Shown: positions 23,180-39,442 of the stretch, piece by piece
Position numbering within the stretch: position 1 is the first letter of the stretch
Layout: each line of letters begins with the position of its first letter
Origin: Eledone cirrhosa
Lineage: Eukaryota
Assembly (NCBI GenBank): GCA_964016885.1
Contig: OZ024741.1
Coordinates: forward strand, 97,340,001-97,404,000
Length of the DNA stretch: 64,000 bases
Direction: 5' to 3'
The notes under the pieces: generated by a model
Seen by the model: the letters and a program-made list of their open reading frames with translations, nothing else
What the model was told of the DNA's origin: nothing
Database searches by the model: none
Program-made: the position numbers and the translations under genes

Positions 23180-23957
23180 AATTCTTATAGCTTGGTCTAA
23201 TTGATTTTTTATATGGTTAATTATACTAATTGGAGAGGAAACTATATATTTTATCTGGCGATTCTATAGACATGTTTTATGATATATAGGTCTGATTATT
23301 TAATTTATTAATTCTTCATTGAGCCAAAAAGTGACCCGTTGCAAAACACATATATATTTATGACTTTATATATATATATGTATATATATATATATGTGTA
23401 AACCTTTATATGTAATAATCTCCCGTTAGGCTGAGATACAATTTTGGCTGTATTGGGCTGCGCTTACTAGCAAAAAGCCTACCAGCCGTAAGCAACTAAT
23501 CACATCCTTTCTAACTTGACCGCTGCCACGTCACGATTATTAGCCATTTTTGAATGTATCCTTGGCGCGATCACTTTGGAAAATAAATTGTCTAAATTTG
23601 AGCTAAGTTCCTGAAGAATCCGAAGCTCTAGATTTCCAATGTTATAGGATGTCTTAAAATGCGGATGAAACCATGGTAGAGGTAATAAAATATGTACACT
23701 TTTCTTCTAGTTTATTTTACACCTAATTCTGTTTAGTTGACTGTATATCTGGTCGATTTATACATGCTGTAGAAATATACAATAAATAATCCGCCGTAAC
23801 CGCCGCGAAGGGGCTGCTTTCGGTTATTTGTCGGAGATTTCTTCATAGGAGCCTTTATTTTTATAGCTTGGTCTAATTGGTTATTTATATGGTTAATTAT
23901 ACTAATTGGAAACGGTATATATTTTATCTGGCGATTCTATAGACATGTTTTATGATA
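23180..23957 (+). repeat. Family I TA-anchored repeat, two copies (23180-23285 and ~23700-23957)
   Basis: cttggtctaattg...gacatgttttatga terminus repeated; third copy ~57830-58050. Confidence 0.65.
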
Positions 23958-24101
23958 TATATATATGTATATATATATATGTGTGTGTGTGTATTTCGAT
24001 TTGCTTATCCAACTATCTGTCTAGGCGTCTTGATCGGTTTTATACCTTCATTTATACACACACTGCTTTCTCCCATACACACTTATTCGTGTTCTCCAAA
24101 T

Positions 24102-24202
24102 AATTGTTTGTACTTTTGGCACAAGGCCAGCAAATACCCAGTACATTACTGGTACTTTATTTTATCGACCTCGTAAGGATGAAAGGCAAAGTTCACCTCG
24201 GC
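24102..24202 (-). mobile_element. tRNA-derived SINE, 5'-truncated
   Basis: SINE body and 3' end; CCAAATAAT on both sides. Confidence 0.8.
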
Positions 24203-25528
24203 CCAAATAATGAACTAAAGTTCTGACTACATCGAATTCCTTATTCTAATATACATTCGAACAGAAACAGGTATCATTTAAGGTGAAAAAGAAAATTGTC
24301 TAGTATAAATGAACAATGATTAGCATGCGCGTTACGTTTCGCTCACACTTAAGCTTTTAGATGACGGGTGGGGTCGATTTTTCCTTCTATCTTGTGAGGG
24401 CGATAAACTAATTACCAAAAATAGCCAGCAATATGCTAATTACTGGAGTAGAAACACATGAATAAATATATGGTGGTCATATTTTTAAATAGAGTGACTA
24501 GAATGTTAATCCCCGTGTGCACTTTTAGACAGCTATGATAAGAAAAGAGAATCAACCATTTAAATTTTTATTTAACAATTCCTAAAGATAAGCAAACTCT
24601 CCTTAGCTGCTGACACGGCAATCACAAAAATTCATTTTACAATGAGTGCATATCGATGAGGTATGATAATCAAGTATTTATATATTCATAACCCATGCTA
24701 TAATAATATTCTGTTAATCATTGTCAGTCCGAGAAACTTTCACCGTTATGGAAATGAGATTTGCTTACGCGCATTCTTTATTTTTTCATTTTGTTTTTTT
24801 AAAAACCTTAATCGCGGCATCTTTTGTAGGTGAGCTAAGTTGTTAAGTAACAACAAACTCATTCGTTTTGATTATCAAGTCTCTCTCTCTAAAGACCCGG
24901 CTTTTACGGATATGAAACCGTCTGTTTAATTAGTAATATATTAAGTTGATTTAATTCATGTATACCCGTTTATCATACACATCCAATTGCATTAGATTAT
25001 TGATGAAGATTAACTACTGCATCTGTTTTTAATCATACTGGTTAACTGGGTAATTGGCTGGTACATATAGTGGTCATGGACAGGACAATCGCTATATGAA
25101 TCAGTAAAATGAAAATATTCCGTATTCGCTACATTTTACAGTTTTCTTAAATTGGATTAAAAAAACAAATACATGGTTGCTTTAATTCTGCACCGATCCA
25201 GTTTCATTCATACAACAGGTATCTTCACCAATTCTCCAAATTCGGTTCCATTATTCACAAAAGAAGTACAACTCTGAAACATAATGGGATTAGTGGTGAA
25301 GCAAAATCGGCAAAGCGAAAGTGACATTCTTCATATCTTTCTGATACATATCCACAGAATCTGGAACTCCTCTTGATATATCAATGAAAGCGAGATTGTG
25401 GACGTCTACAGGCCTTTGAAATGTACAATGGAGGTGGAGTGATATATGTTCTACCATAGCAGACCAACATTTAGCAGAATGTGAAGTGGACTAGATAAGA
25501 TGACTTAGAGAATTTCACAACATTCCTT

Positions 25529-25560
<32 letters not shown>

Positions 25561-25565
25561 TATAA

Positions 25566-25649
<84 letters not shown>

Positions 25650-25774
25650 AGGGTAAACATTGATGCAATTCAACTCAAGCACTCAACGTACTTTTTCCAC
25701 ATAGGAGTGACGGAGTAAATATCGAATAAGTAAAAGCGAAGTAGTTTCAGATGTTCAAGTCCTTTAATAATAAT

Positions 25775-25848
25775 GCTGTGATATATATTTCAATGACGAC
25801 ACTGGCCACACTGTTCTGTGTGCGAGTGTCGTGACATCATCAGACAGC
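25775..25848 (-). ncRNA. Type I hammerhead ribozyme (left arm)
   Basis: Reverse complement of 27317-27390. Confidence 0.82.
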
Positions 25849-27316
25849 TTGTTACATAATAAGGTTGTTTCCGAGGCAATCCAAATTGAATCGACATGGG
25901 AACGGACGAAGTTCGTGCTTTTGGGTTTTTCATCCGTTCCCTTGTGAGTACCAATTCACCCCCACCGGTCTGCGCAAGCGCATGTCCGAAGGAAGTTGAC
26001 CATTAGCACCGCAGATTTCAACGAAATTCGCTGTCAGTGGCCCACCTATGCCTTGCCAAAGCTTACTGCTACCATCGCTACTGTGGCAGTCAGCCGAAAG
26101 CCAGAGGGGATGGGAGGGTGTTAGTTTTTATAGGTCATAATACTACCTTTCACTAAGCGTTGACAGTAAGACTGACCATCAACTCATAAGGTAAAATAGA
26201 CTTAATTCTAGGTACTATGGTTTTACATAGTAAGTTAAGAGTGAGAGTTGGCAATAAAAATTAAAATTAAAGGTTAAAATCCTAAATCAAATATCAGAGA
26301 AGCGATTTGGTGCAGGAAAATAGGGGTTTATCTTATTTTTTGTTTTTGCGTATTTATCCTGCCGAAAGATACTATTACGCCCGTCCAGTGTCAGGGGTTT
26401 TTCATCCCCATGGTAGAGGGCATTTCCGGGGTAGCTCTTGGTTGGTTCCTCTCTTCTCCACCGTATCGGTTACATCATAGAGCGCTCAACTAATCGGAGC
26501 TTAATTATTAGGGTAAACATTGATGCACCAAATCGCTTCTGAACAGAGGTCCCCTCAATTCAATCTATACATGGACAGATGGACAATCATATGGATCATT
26601 TTACATACTCTGTTCCATGTGATGGAAACTATGACCGTGTAACGGATTGACTAATGCCTTGAACCATGTGGTTTGCCCTGCGCTATAAGGTCCGGCACTG
26701 CCGTTCAATATCTGTAACACTAGAATCCCTCCCAGAACATATTACTTAAACATCTCTCTCCATATTATTTACTCACTTCAATGTATATCTTTACTTAATC
26801 CGAATTATCACTTGAAAAATGTTTGAATTTAGAATTTTTGAATTCCTTATTGTTTAATTTATAATCTCTGATATTTGATTTAGGATTTTAACCTTTAATT
26901 TTAATTTTTATTGCCAACTCTCACTCTTAACTTACTATGTAAAACCATAGTACCTAGAATTAAGTCTATTTTACCTTATGAGTTGATGGTCAGTCTTACT
27001 GTCAACGCTTAGTGAAAGGTAGTATTATGACCTATAAAAACTAACACCCTCCCATCCCCTCTAGCTTTCGGCTGACTGCCACAGTAGCGATGGTAGCAGT
27101 AAGCTTTGGCAAGGCATAGGTGGGCCACTGACAGCGAATTTCGTTGAAATCTGCGGTGCTAATGGTCAACTTCCTTCGGACATGCGCTTGCGCAGACCGG
27201 TGGGGGTGAATTGGTACTCACAAGGGAACGGATGAAAAACCCAAAAGCACGAACTTCGTCCGTTCCCATGTCAATTCAATTTGGATTGCCTCGGAAACAA
27301 CCTTATTATGTAACAA

Positions 27317-27390
27317 GCTGTCTGATGATGTCACGACACTCGCACACAGAACAGTGTGGCCAGTGTCGTCATTGAAATATATATCACAGC
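27317..27390 (+). ncRNA. Type I hammerhead ribozyme (right arm)
   Basis: gctgt-CTGATGA-tgtc-acgacact...agtgtcgt-catt-GAAA-tatata-TC-acagc. Confidence 0.82.
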
Positions 27391-29201
27391 ATTATTATTA
27401 AAGGACTTGAACATCTGAAACTACTTCGCTTTTACTTATTCTATATATATATATATATATATATATAAGGAGTTGACGGACCCAGCATATTTATCAATAT
27501 ATATAAGGATCGATCGATTTTCGTTAAATTGGACCGAGGAAAAAATGTTTACATTGGTCTTTCCAATTGGTAATACTATCTATCGATCTCGCAACTCCAG
27601 GTAGAAAGAGCAACGGGAAATAAAGTGTCTTGCTGAAGGACATAACGCATTGCCCATATATATATATGTATGTGTGTGTATGTGTGTAGGTTTATGTGTG
27701 TTCACAAGCGACGTGACTTTTAGAAATAACAGCTAAAAAGCGATAAAAACTTATATCCTCCAAGAAGGAAAAAGTGTCGTACAATACTGGATCAGATCAG
27801 ATAAATTATCTCAATAAAGAACAAGTGGTGCTTCGCTGGAAAGGCTTTAATAAATCTAATAGATTAGGGCTGACCAGAGTTAAACAACACCACATTACAA
27901 CATATAAGGTAAAGCAAATAGTTTTGCTGTACATAGCTAATCAAGTTGTGTTATCATCGCGGATAATATGAAGTTATGTAAACATCAGATCAAAACTCGG
28001 TCATGGTTTGTGTTAACTGAGTAAATTACCTCTTGGCACACAGAGAGTATTCCTCGGATAATAGCACTTTAACAAATTGTTGATTTTTAACACGTGATAC
28101 ATAGAAGAAGGTCTTTCTATTCCTATAGACTAACAATCATTTTGTTAAATACGAATTTCAACGCTTCATATTTTTCCACTTTTCCTCGAAGATATATGTT
28201 CGTTCTCATTCATGAAATATATAACCGTAATAAAATCACAAAAATGCAAAATAAAAAAAATAAAAAGTACAATTGGGTCCATTTTTCTGACATAACTAAA
28301 ACACGTGAGATAGATGCATCAGTCCTACTTATTGAAGACCGATGTACCCAGATTTAGAAAAGAAAAAAAAAACGTTGTAAATCTCCCAAAAATATAATCA
28401 CGAGAAGAAACATATTGGACGAGAGAATTGGAAAGATTTGAAGAGAAACATAAAAGTAGAATAAAAGAATTACAGAAGGAGCTTTTAGTAGGCAAGGATT
28501 AAAACAAAATAAAAATAGTAGATATCTGAGTGAAAAGCGATAAAAAATGGAGAAGAGTGAGAAGAAACATTTAATAATACAATATCCCTCACTTCCTCTT
28601 CATCGTTCACTTTCTATTTTTCTCGTGTCTTTTTCAGTCTCCCTTTTATCTATTTTTATATATTTTCGTAATTTCTTAATGTTGTCCATTCTCCACCTCA
28701 GTTGCTATTTTTACGTCCTCTTTTCTTCTCTTCCATTCTTTCCTACTTTATTTCCTCTGGCCTTTATCTATTTGTTTTAACTTACTTTTATGCTATTTAT
28801 TTATTCATTTCCTCTATCTTTCTCGAAATCTTTATTACCTTTCGTTTAATATCTTTGCTTTTCTTCCGATATTGCTTTTTATTTTTTTGTTCGTGCTTTC
28901 CTATCATTTTCTTCGCGCGATTTTTTAAAATTCCTATCTCACCCTTTCCTCTCTCGTTTCAAATACTTCCTCTTTATCTCTTTTTCTCCTGTGTATTCTT
29001 TATCCCCCTTTCTATCTCTCGCCCTAAATTTAACCTACTATGATGTCTATTTCAGTTTGATTTACCAAAACCTCATGACAAATTCAGACAATTTTCCCGT
29101 ACGAAGACGCTTCCCCTCCAATTTTCAGAATGGGCTGCATTGATCAAGTTTGAATTGCCGTCAGCTAGACGCCAGAGCTGGTGGTAAGATCTATGAGGGT
29201 A

Positions 29202-29480
<279 letters not shown>

Positions 29481-29909
29481 ACAAAGAGAGGAGAGAAAGA
29501 GATATGTTCATAGAGATGTAGGCATATCAATATATATAAACGATGTGTTACTTTATTTATCTATTCATGCATATGATCTCGTATATAACTGTATGCGTGC
29601 GAATACAAATGCAGTAATGTGTGCTAACTGCCAAGATTATTTCACGTTCATCTTAACTTGCGGATAATACAATATACAGGTGGGAAAATATACACCACAG
29701 TCACTGACACCTACTCCAGTAATCATCATAATAAATTAATAAAATGTGATAGCTAATAGAAGGGAAATAATCGGCATGTGATGCTGGACATTTGATTCGG
29801 AATATTAGGAGAATGAATACTAAATTATATGTTGAAATATGATATGCTAATTGTGAACTTCTAGCACAGATATGGAAAAGAATAGTATACGCTAGAAAGA
29901 CAACAGTAT

Positions 29910-29945
<36 letters not shown>

Positions 29946-30760
29946 TCACTGTTGCTATTGAAGCTTCTACTGGTGCTACTGTTTGGAGAATATTTGCAAT
30001 ATCACGGTATTTATGTAACCAAATATGACAAGGATATTTTACGTGTTCTCTTATCTTGTTCGTGTCTTCTAATTGGCATAGTCGATTAAAAAAACGTCTG
30101 ATAGAATGCTTTGTGGTATTTGTTCCGGTTCTTTGCATACTCTGTTTTCAAACACCGGTGAGGTCAACTTTCGAGGTCGATAAATAAAAGTAGCAGTCTA
30201 GTACTGTAAATCTCTTTCTCACGTTTTTCCGCTTTTGCTCTCACTTCTTTGGAAGATAACGCCTTCGTTTAGATCGGGAGAGTGAACGAACTACGCACGG
30301 TTTAAAGTACCAAATATACGCAGTATCTCACGCTGGCGCAGTTATGATTCCATCGAGTCATACGGGTCAAGATAATAAAATAGCCTTGTCCTATCCTACA
30401 AATAAGGATCGCAGGCTTTACGGCAGATATTTTAGAGGACAGAATATTCCATAATGCCAGGCTTAGTAACCAACTGGTAGAAATATTAAGTAGAAAATAC
30501 TTGTTTCAAACATGCATCAAATATTTGTATTCCTTACTATTTCTAAAAGGTGTCATAATATATTATGCTTGAAGCGTGTCCTCAGACACTCCATTATATT
30601 ATTGTATATATTGCTGCAGTACGTTAGTGCATTTGACATTTTCAATGTTAAAATAATAAAATACAAAGTTAATATCGCTGATATTGAAACACAATTCGCA
30701 ATGGATTGTATCTCAATATGTTTGATACTAATGAATTGTGACAAGGTTTCAAAATAATAA

Positions 30761-30950
30761 TTGTTTCTACTTTTGGCACAAGGCCAGCTATTACCCCAGT
30801 GTATTATTGGTACTTTATTTTATCGACCCCGTAAGTATAAAAAGGCAAAGTTAACCTCGGCGGGATTTGAACTCAGAATGGGAAGGGCCGTAACTCAAAG
30901 CGTCAAAGCATGGCGTCCGACCCTCTACAGATACGGCCAATACACCGCCC
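30761..30950 (-). mobile_element. Full-length tRNA-derived SINE
   Basis: A-box-like TGGCCGTATCTG and B-box GAGTTCAAATCC on the minus strand; flanking duplication around TTCAAAATAATAA. Confidence 0.88.
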
Positions 30951-31089
30951 TTCAAAATAATAAAGGTTTCAAAATAATAATTGTAAATATTTATTGGCTA
31001 CTTGAGCCGAAATATCAAGTACAAAACAACACATGGGCATTAAGGACTTACATAAAACGTATAAAAATGGTAACTGGTAAAAATTAACA

Positions 31090-32440
31090 ATACATTAATA
31101 AAAATGAGAGTCCTCAATAGTGGGAGTGCGCTTGAGTTTATAGGAGACAAAGATGGGAAGAGCGAGAGCTACATTGCGAGACGCCCTTGGTGTTTTTTTC
31201 ACGTTGTATGTTAGTAGTTGCGGCGGTGCTTTTGCGGCTGAATTTGATTTTGTTGTTAGTGTTAATTTGTTTTCTCTTGCTGCGTTGCTTGGTTTTTCCT
31301 GATGAATTTACTGCTTATACCGAGTTTAGTGCCGCTGATGTTGTTGCTTTTATTGTTGTAGCACTTGATGTTAAGGTGTCTGCTGCAAATCGGCACTGTG
31401 GTTCCAGGTTTTTTTTGAGGTCAGACAATTTTCAAGTGACTCGTTTTCCCACATAGATGGCAACGAGGTCATCTGGTGTCATCTGGTTTCATGTGGATTA
31501 GAATCTTCACACTGATAGCATACCAGGTTTTTCATCTGGTTCGTTTCACTTATAAGAATGTGATACTTCAGAATTCCATGTTACAGGTTAATATCCACCA
31601 GATATTCACTTCCATTGAGATTCCTGCAATCTTGACGCATACCGTCCTTTTTTTCGTGAATAGCATAGGTAGAGCACATGTTTCTCGCTATGAAAGGGTA
31701 CATCGAAATGTTTGACGGCCAGAGTTTCACTTTTAAAGAGGACTGAAATGCTCGTATATTACCCGGCCATCGCAATATACTGATTATCGGGCAATACCTC
31801 TTTCAGTACATTTTCATTGTCTGTTTGAATTGCGTGTTCTAACCATTTTGTTTTTGTCGTCAATCTTTTGTAGATATCAAATTTCTTTTTTTTTTTGGGG
31901 GGGGGGGGGGGGACGTTGGTAGAGAAAATGACCACATCCGGCTCTAACAACTCTAGCTTTATTAGTTTGGCTGTTTTCAGCTGTTTTGGCATCCTTTGCT
32001 GCAAAGGTATTGTTGTTGTTATTGTCATGTTTATTGTAGTTACCTACTGTGTTGTCGTTAATGTCTGTGTTACTGTTATTCATGCTATTTTTTGTTTCTG
32101 TAATATATTTATTGTTGTAGAGATGGTCATAGTGGTGGTGGTACTATTGATGTTTTTTTGTTGTCCTGCTTTTTTTAAGTTGTTCTCGGGAGTATGATGT
32201 TAAAGATTTTAAAGACGAAAAGTCCACTTTGTAATTTTCCTAATCAAAATTATTTTCGCTGTTTGTGGTGTTGCTGCTATTGGCTCTAATGGCGGTGGTA
32301 ACGTTAGTAGAGAGCCGACTGTTTTATTTTGCGGAAGACCGTTTATGAATATAGTGAAGGAATTTTGTCGCCCACCATCGTAAATTGAAATAAATGAAGA
32401 GCGTGACCAGGAAACGCACATAGTTTTAGCCACTAAGTTC
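31090..32440 (-). pseudogene. Decayed ORF1/5' region of a Tx1/L1-like LINE
   Basis: N/T-rich N-terminus and motifs (NTFAA, SVLFKSETLA, NIWWIL) that align by eye to ORF1 at 48264-50112. Confidence 0.6.
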
Positions 32441-32898
32441 TACAGATAGATAAAACCATCCATCCCACGACAATCATCGTCAGTTTATCTACAAATCAGT
32501 AGTAAATATTCAATAAAATCTTTGCATAAAAATGTGAAAAAGAAACAAATTTGTGACGAGAAGCGCAACAACCACAATAACAACAACAACAACAAAAACA
32601 ATAATAATAATATACTTCTAGATTTGTAACAAAACCATATAGTTTGGAAGCGGATCCTAGAGGAACAGATACATCCGATATACATAACATGGTAATTATT
32701 TCATTTCAACAATCTAACATAACACAAAAACAAAACTTGAACATAAAGAAAAATGTCAACAAAAAGAGCCATACACATACGCAAATTTAGAATATCGTAA
32801 GTGTCAAATATGTAAATAGATAAAGGTGCCAATACTCGTAAATACATTAATATTCATGCACCATGCATGCATATAATTATATAATCGTGCGTGTATAC

Positions 32899-32966
<68 letters not shown>

Positions 32967-32999
32967 TTATGTCTACATATATGTATATGTGTATGGTGG

Positions 33000-33043
<44 letters not shown>

Positions 33044-33492
33044 TGTGTATGTATATTCACTTGTTTATGAACGTATGCATAGTCTGACAAAATATTATAA
33101 TAATCGCATGGCATAGTTTGTGGAATACGATGAACAAGGTACCATCATATTTATAACCATTAGACTAAGATGGCGTGATCTTATCTTCTACTATTTAACG
33201 TTCCATCTGTCTATTCGTTTTCTCTACTGTTGTTTTGTAACGGTTTCTAATGGAAACATTAAATCAGCTTCATCTTGAAGATAGTAATGATTAATATGAT
33301 AGATTTATGATGACCAAGGGAAAAGAGCTGTAAGTGGTTACGATTGTATGAGAAAGAATCTGGGATAGAGATAAAAAATTATGGATTGCATTTCGCACGA
33401 CATTTATATGATACATTTTCAAACTCATATTTATACACATACAAATATTATATATACACATCCCCCTCCACACACACACACACACATGTATA

Positions 33493-33576
<84 letters not shown>

Positions 33577-33766
33577 AGCAAGTCTATGTGCCAGTCTTAT
33601 GAGTAGGGGGAGGGAGTAAATACGAAGAGATAGATACACTGAAGGATTTTGTTTACATATACGCGTTTCCACAAACACATACAAAGAAACATTGCCACAT
33701 ATCCAGATATACATATATTCAAGCGAAACAATGTACATACACACTACCCTCCCCCCCCACACACAA

Positions 33767-33797
<31 letters not shown>

Positions 33798-34238
33798 CGT
33801 ATATATATATATATATGTATGTTTGTTTGTGTCTGTGTGTACATGCATGTGTGCGTTCTTGTTTGATGCATCTATATATACATACATGCATATATATTTT
33901 TATGTGTGTAGATAGATTGCAACAAACATATTACGACGAAACAATGAGACAGATGGAGAGAGACATATATTAGTGTTTTTGTATGTGGGAGGAAGTGGCA
34001 AAAGTAATGAAATAATGCATTATTAAAATGGAATGCCATTCAGTTTGTGAATATATAAGGAAAAAGCAACAGGAAGGTATTATGCGTGTATAGGCATGTC
34101 TTTCCGTGAGATACATGCATTTGTCACTTGTCCTCTCCCCACTCCTCATCTCACATACCCACTTAAAATACCGATTACTTTTTCATCCTCCATACCCACT
34201 CACTCTTTTACTCATAATACACACATCGTGTGTATATA

Positions 34239-34346
<108 letters not shown>

Positions 34347-36679
34347 CCATACCTCTATGTGGTATAGCGATATTTGAGCTCTGATTTTGGGAAGTGTGGG
34401 ATATTAAAATCACATAGGAGAAAGGTGAGGGTATGTGAAAGACGGATTAATCGACGGGTAACATATATATAAATAAATAAATAACATTAATCTTGTCGGA
34501 GGAAACTGAAATGGAATGACAACAATAGTGTAGATGATTATTCAGATACCACCATCACATACATGACCGATCGTATACACATTCACAACATACACACTGA
34601 ACGGCATACGCTTGGAGTGACACGCGAACTTACTCTCTTCCTTTTCTATACCATGTATACACTAGGCACACACACACACGCACGCACACACGCACACGGA
34701 CATAAACACACAGGAAGACACAAGCATATATAAATATTTTGAGTAGTGTATGTAAGACATATACAATATTTGCAACTCATCACAGATGGCTTACATTGAT
34801 CCGCTTGATGTTCGGTTTCAACTATAGGATGTTGATGCGACTGGTGAATAATCTCTGGAAGAAATGCCTTTCATAGCATTGCAATATTTAGATTATTGAG
34901 TAATGTGTTTCATGCTAGATTTTGGTGTTCTTTTGCACCATATCAGATCTGATTATGTAGCTGTTTATCAAAGTCATTTTAATCGTGGCCATGTAAATTG
35001 TACTCCCTTATCCTTATTACAAGTACAATGGTAGTGTTGCTGTTCTTTCTATTACAAAAAGCGATCAGGTAACCATTCCCTTAAGGGTTCGTTTATGGGT
35101 TGAATCATTTTATATGAGAATACATTTCTACTTTCATGACTTGTAACGAAGAATTCTGCAAGCTTCTTTCATGGATATGTGTATATGTATATATTGTTAT
35201 GGTGTAATTGTAGATTGTTTCACAGTAATATTTTTAGAATGCAATACTGACAGAAACAAAGTATGCGTCACAGAATTAGCGAGTATACGACAATCTAACG
35301 GATTTGAAAAACTAGTGTGTTGGTTCACAGTGTAGGGCTTGTTTTATCGCATGATGTATGATGTAAATTGCTAGAATTAAGCACTGCTTAGCTTGTTGGG
35401 TGGGCAAGTGAGGCATATGATGGATATCATTCGAGAGAGAGAAAGAGACATATAGGAGGGAAGGAGAACTAGATACTTAGAAAAACCCTAGCTATCATAG
35501 AGGGTGTATGCTTTATGCCCGGGAAAATTTGCATAAGAAAAGGACCTTCAAATTGTAGACCATATTTTCGAAACAAACAAAGAAACAAATAAGAACTAAG
35601 TTCGCTTACAGCATTTCCATACTTTCTCTTGCAATTGCAGCGGCTTATTCCAGGATAAAAAAAAATTCAGTGTGAATACAAGTAGAATAAAATCAAATAA
35701 AACCATGTGCATCGCGTTGGAAAATCTTGCAATTTGGGAGTTATTACGATAAGAAAAAATATGTGCAAAAAATCTCGTTTTAGTTTATATAAAAAAATTA
35801 TGTTATTTAAAGTGGTTATGCCAGGGACCAATCAGCTTTCAGCTTAAAAGTTAAACATTTATCTATTGTTTTCACTCTATAATTTCCTTGAATATACACA
35901 TTTATAAAATACCTATCTATATACTATGACTCCCACATACTCTTACATACGCTATATTCACAGCCAGACAGCTGACAGAGGTCATACGTACTAAAATCAG
36001 CTGTCGTGCACGTGCGAAAGTCATTAATATGTTGTATGTTGCCATTTCATCATATACCTGAGTGCGAAATATATGCCGAGAATTTGCAATTTGAGTACCT
36101 CAAATGCGATAAGGTTCGTGTTGTTTTTTATTGTGCAGTTAGAATGTTTTTGGTTGTTATTTTCATTATATTTATTTATTCTTATTATTCATATTAGTTT
36201 ACGTAGACATCTTGATTTTCATCAATCATTTTGACAGAGATATATCTGTTTAATTTCATCTATCATCCACTTGGTGTGAGTTAAGATATGTGATGTATTC
36301 TTATGTGTTCAGTTGTATTGTATATAATACACTGTTATTCTCCTTTTAAGTTGTACCTCTCGTTTGTTGTTTGAGGCACAAGCATACATTGCTGCACGCC
36401 ATCAGAGTGTGCTTATACTAAGTTGAAAATTGTAAGTATCTAACTAAATAGCTATCAATCTTTCTAATAAGGACAATGCACACACTCGTACATACGCACA
36501 TACACAAATACCCAGACAATTACGTATGAATCGAATTACACATACATAGGAAGACAATGTTCGACTGTGAGCTTCTCGTGATTCCACACAGGCGGTGTGT
36601 ATGAGGACATTAGCAAAACCTTAAAATGTCGTAGTCCAATATTTCCTTAGTGTGTATATATATTATATATATATATAAT

Positions 36680-37171
36680 AAAAAAATAAATTGTTTCGCT
36701 CTACATAGCTGAATACAATAAATGTAATCTAAGTTTTTCGAATATTAATAATAACATTCGATTCGTTTACCAATTATGCAAACATTTAAAAATCCTTGTC
36801 AATAGAATGAACCCTTCATTCTGTCTCTTGAGTTGGCATATAAACAGAACTGCAGACACTAATGATTCTGGGTATTACCCTTCATCAGTACAGCTCAATG
36901 TTCGCCTGCCAACTGTCAGAGCTAGTGAAAATATATGCTATTTTCTGATATATAGTGACTGATCTGCCTGTTTTGCACATTAACTGATCAGTGGATCTGC
37001 TAATATGCAGATCTGACTGATCAGCCAGCCTGCTAATATGCAAATCACTCCAACACAAGAGCAAGAATGAAGGGTTCATTCTATCTACATGGCTTTAAAA
37101 ATGAGGCTTGTTTGCATAATTGCAAACGAATCGTATGTTATTATTAATATTCGAAAAACTTAGATTAGATT

Positions 37172-37175
<4 letters not shown>
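36680..37175. mobile_element. Family B copy with fold-back 3' end
   Basis: Minus copy 36680-37045 with HHR at ~36847-36895 (GAAA changed to GAAT); inverted partial 37051-37175; TA flanks. Confidence 0.8.
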
Positions 37176-37270
<95 letters not shown>

Positions 37271-37295
37271 TGTGTTTGTTTGTGTGTGTGTGTGT

Positions 37296-38248
<953 letters not shown>

Positions 38249-38254
<6 letters not shown>

Positions 38255-39346
38255 ATACTTGGGGAGGGTCATATTTGTGCAATATTGCCAGAATTAATAA
38301 CAGAACACACTCACTGTTTGGTTGGTTTTCGCTTTTCGCTTCTGTGTCTTTTATATCGGTAATCTAATATAATTGTTTCTACTTTAGGCACAAGGTCAGC
38401 AATTACCCAGTGCATTACTGGTACTTTATTTTATCGACCCCGTAAGGATGAAAGGCAAAGTCAACCTCGGCGGGATTTGAACTCAGATCGTAAAGGCATG
38501 TAACTATGCTGGAAAGTATGGCGTCCGACCCTCTACCGATACTGCCAATCCACCCTCGGTCCTCAATGTTGCTATTGACTGACCGACGGTCAAAAATAAT
38601 ACAGAAACAATATAGACACAAACACATATATATAGTTTATCATAAATCTTTCGTTGCACATCTGCAACATCGTCAGTGGTGCTATTGTTTCCTCCTGTTG
38701 AAGTGTATGGCTACGCCATTTTTATTCAGTCTGTCTATATATTTATTTATTTATTTGCTTGTTTGTTTATTTTATTTTGTCTTCTTTGTTCTTTGCGCAT
38801 GCCTTTGCGTGTGTGTATATTGTTTTGTTTGATGTGTGATGTGTGTTCGTGATTGGGTGACTAATGTGTGTTTATGTGTTTGTTGTTATTGTGCTTGTGT
38901 ATGTATTTATTTATTTATTTATTTATTTTATTTTATTTTATTTACTTATTTATTCCATTCATTCTTTCTGTTTAGTCTTGGTCTTCTAAGTTCTATTTCA
39001 CTGGCCTCTCTGATTTGCCTATCTGCTGGGTCATTTCTATGTTTAGATATTATTCTAATATTTCTATGTTGTCTATGTTACCGTCATGTTGTTGTCTGGC
39101 ATATTCGTATAGTACTGACCCGTTTCTTCGACCTTTTAGTTCCCCCCAGTGTTGGTCTATCCTTTCACCTATGCTACGAGCTGTCTCACCTATGTATGTT
39201 GTTGTCATGTTTCTGCAGGTACCCTCTGTACATCTTATGCTATAGACTACGTTTCTAGTTTTACAGTTTATCCAGGGGTTTACCTTCCATATGATACATT
39301 TCCTATTGGTACAGTGGGTTTTCTTAAAAGGGTAGGTTTTGCTTCC
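38249..39346 (-). mobile_element. Penelope-like element (family D relative): GIY-YIG C-terminus plus pLTR, interrupted by a SINE
   Basis: CKTRNVVYSIRC...YIGETARSIGERIDQH; HHR remnant on the minus strand at 38639-38680 (CTGACGA-t-gttgca/tgcaac-GAAA). Confidence 0.88.
38371..38557 (-). mobile_element. Full-length tRNA-derived SINE
   Basis: A-box TGGCAGTATCGG, B-box GAGTTCAAATCC, conserved body. Confidence 0.9.
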
Positions 39347-39369
39347 TATATATATATATACTGTATATA

Positions 39370-39442
<73 letters not shown>

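Larger units (their letters stand above)
25645..27441. mobile_element. Young non-coding element with 577-bp inverted repeats, each carrying an HHR
   Basis: Arms 25724-26300 and 26865-27441 are nearly identical; (TA)n flanks; no ORF in the track. Confidence 0.9.
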
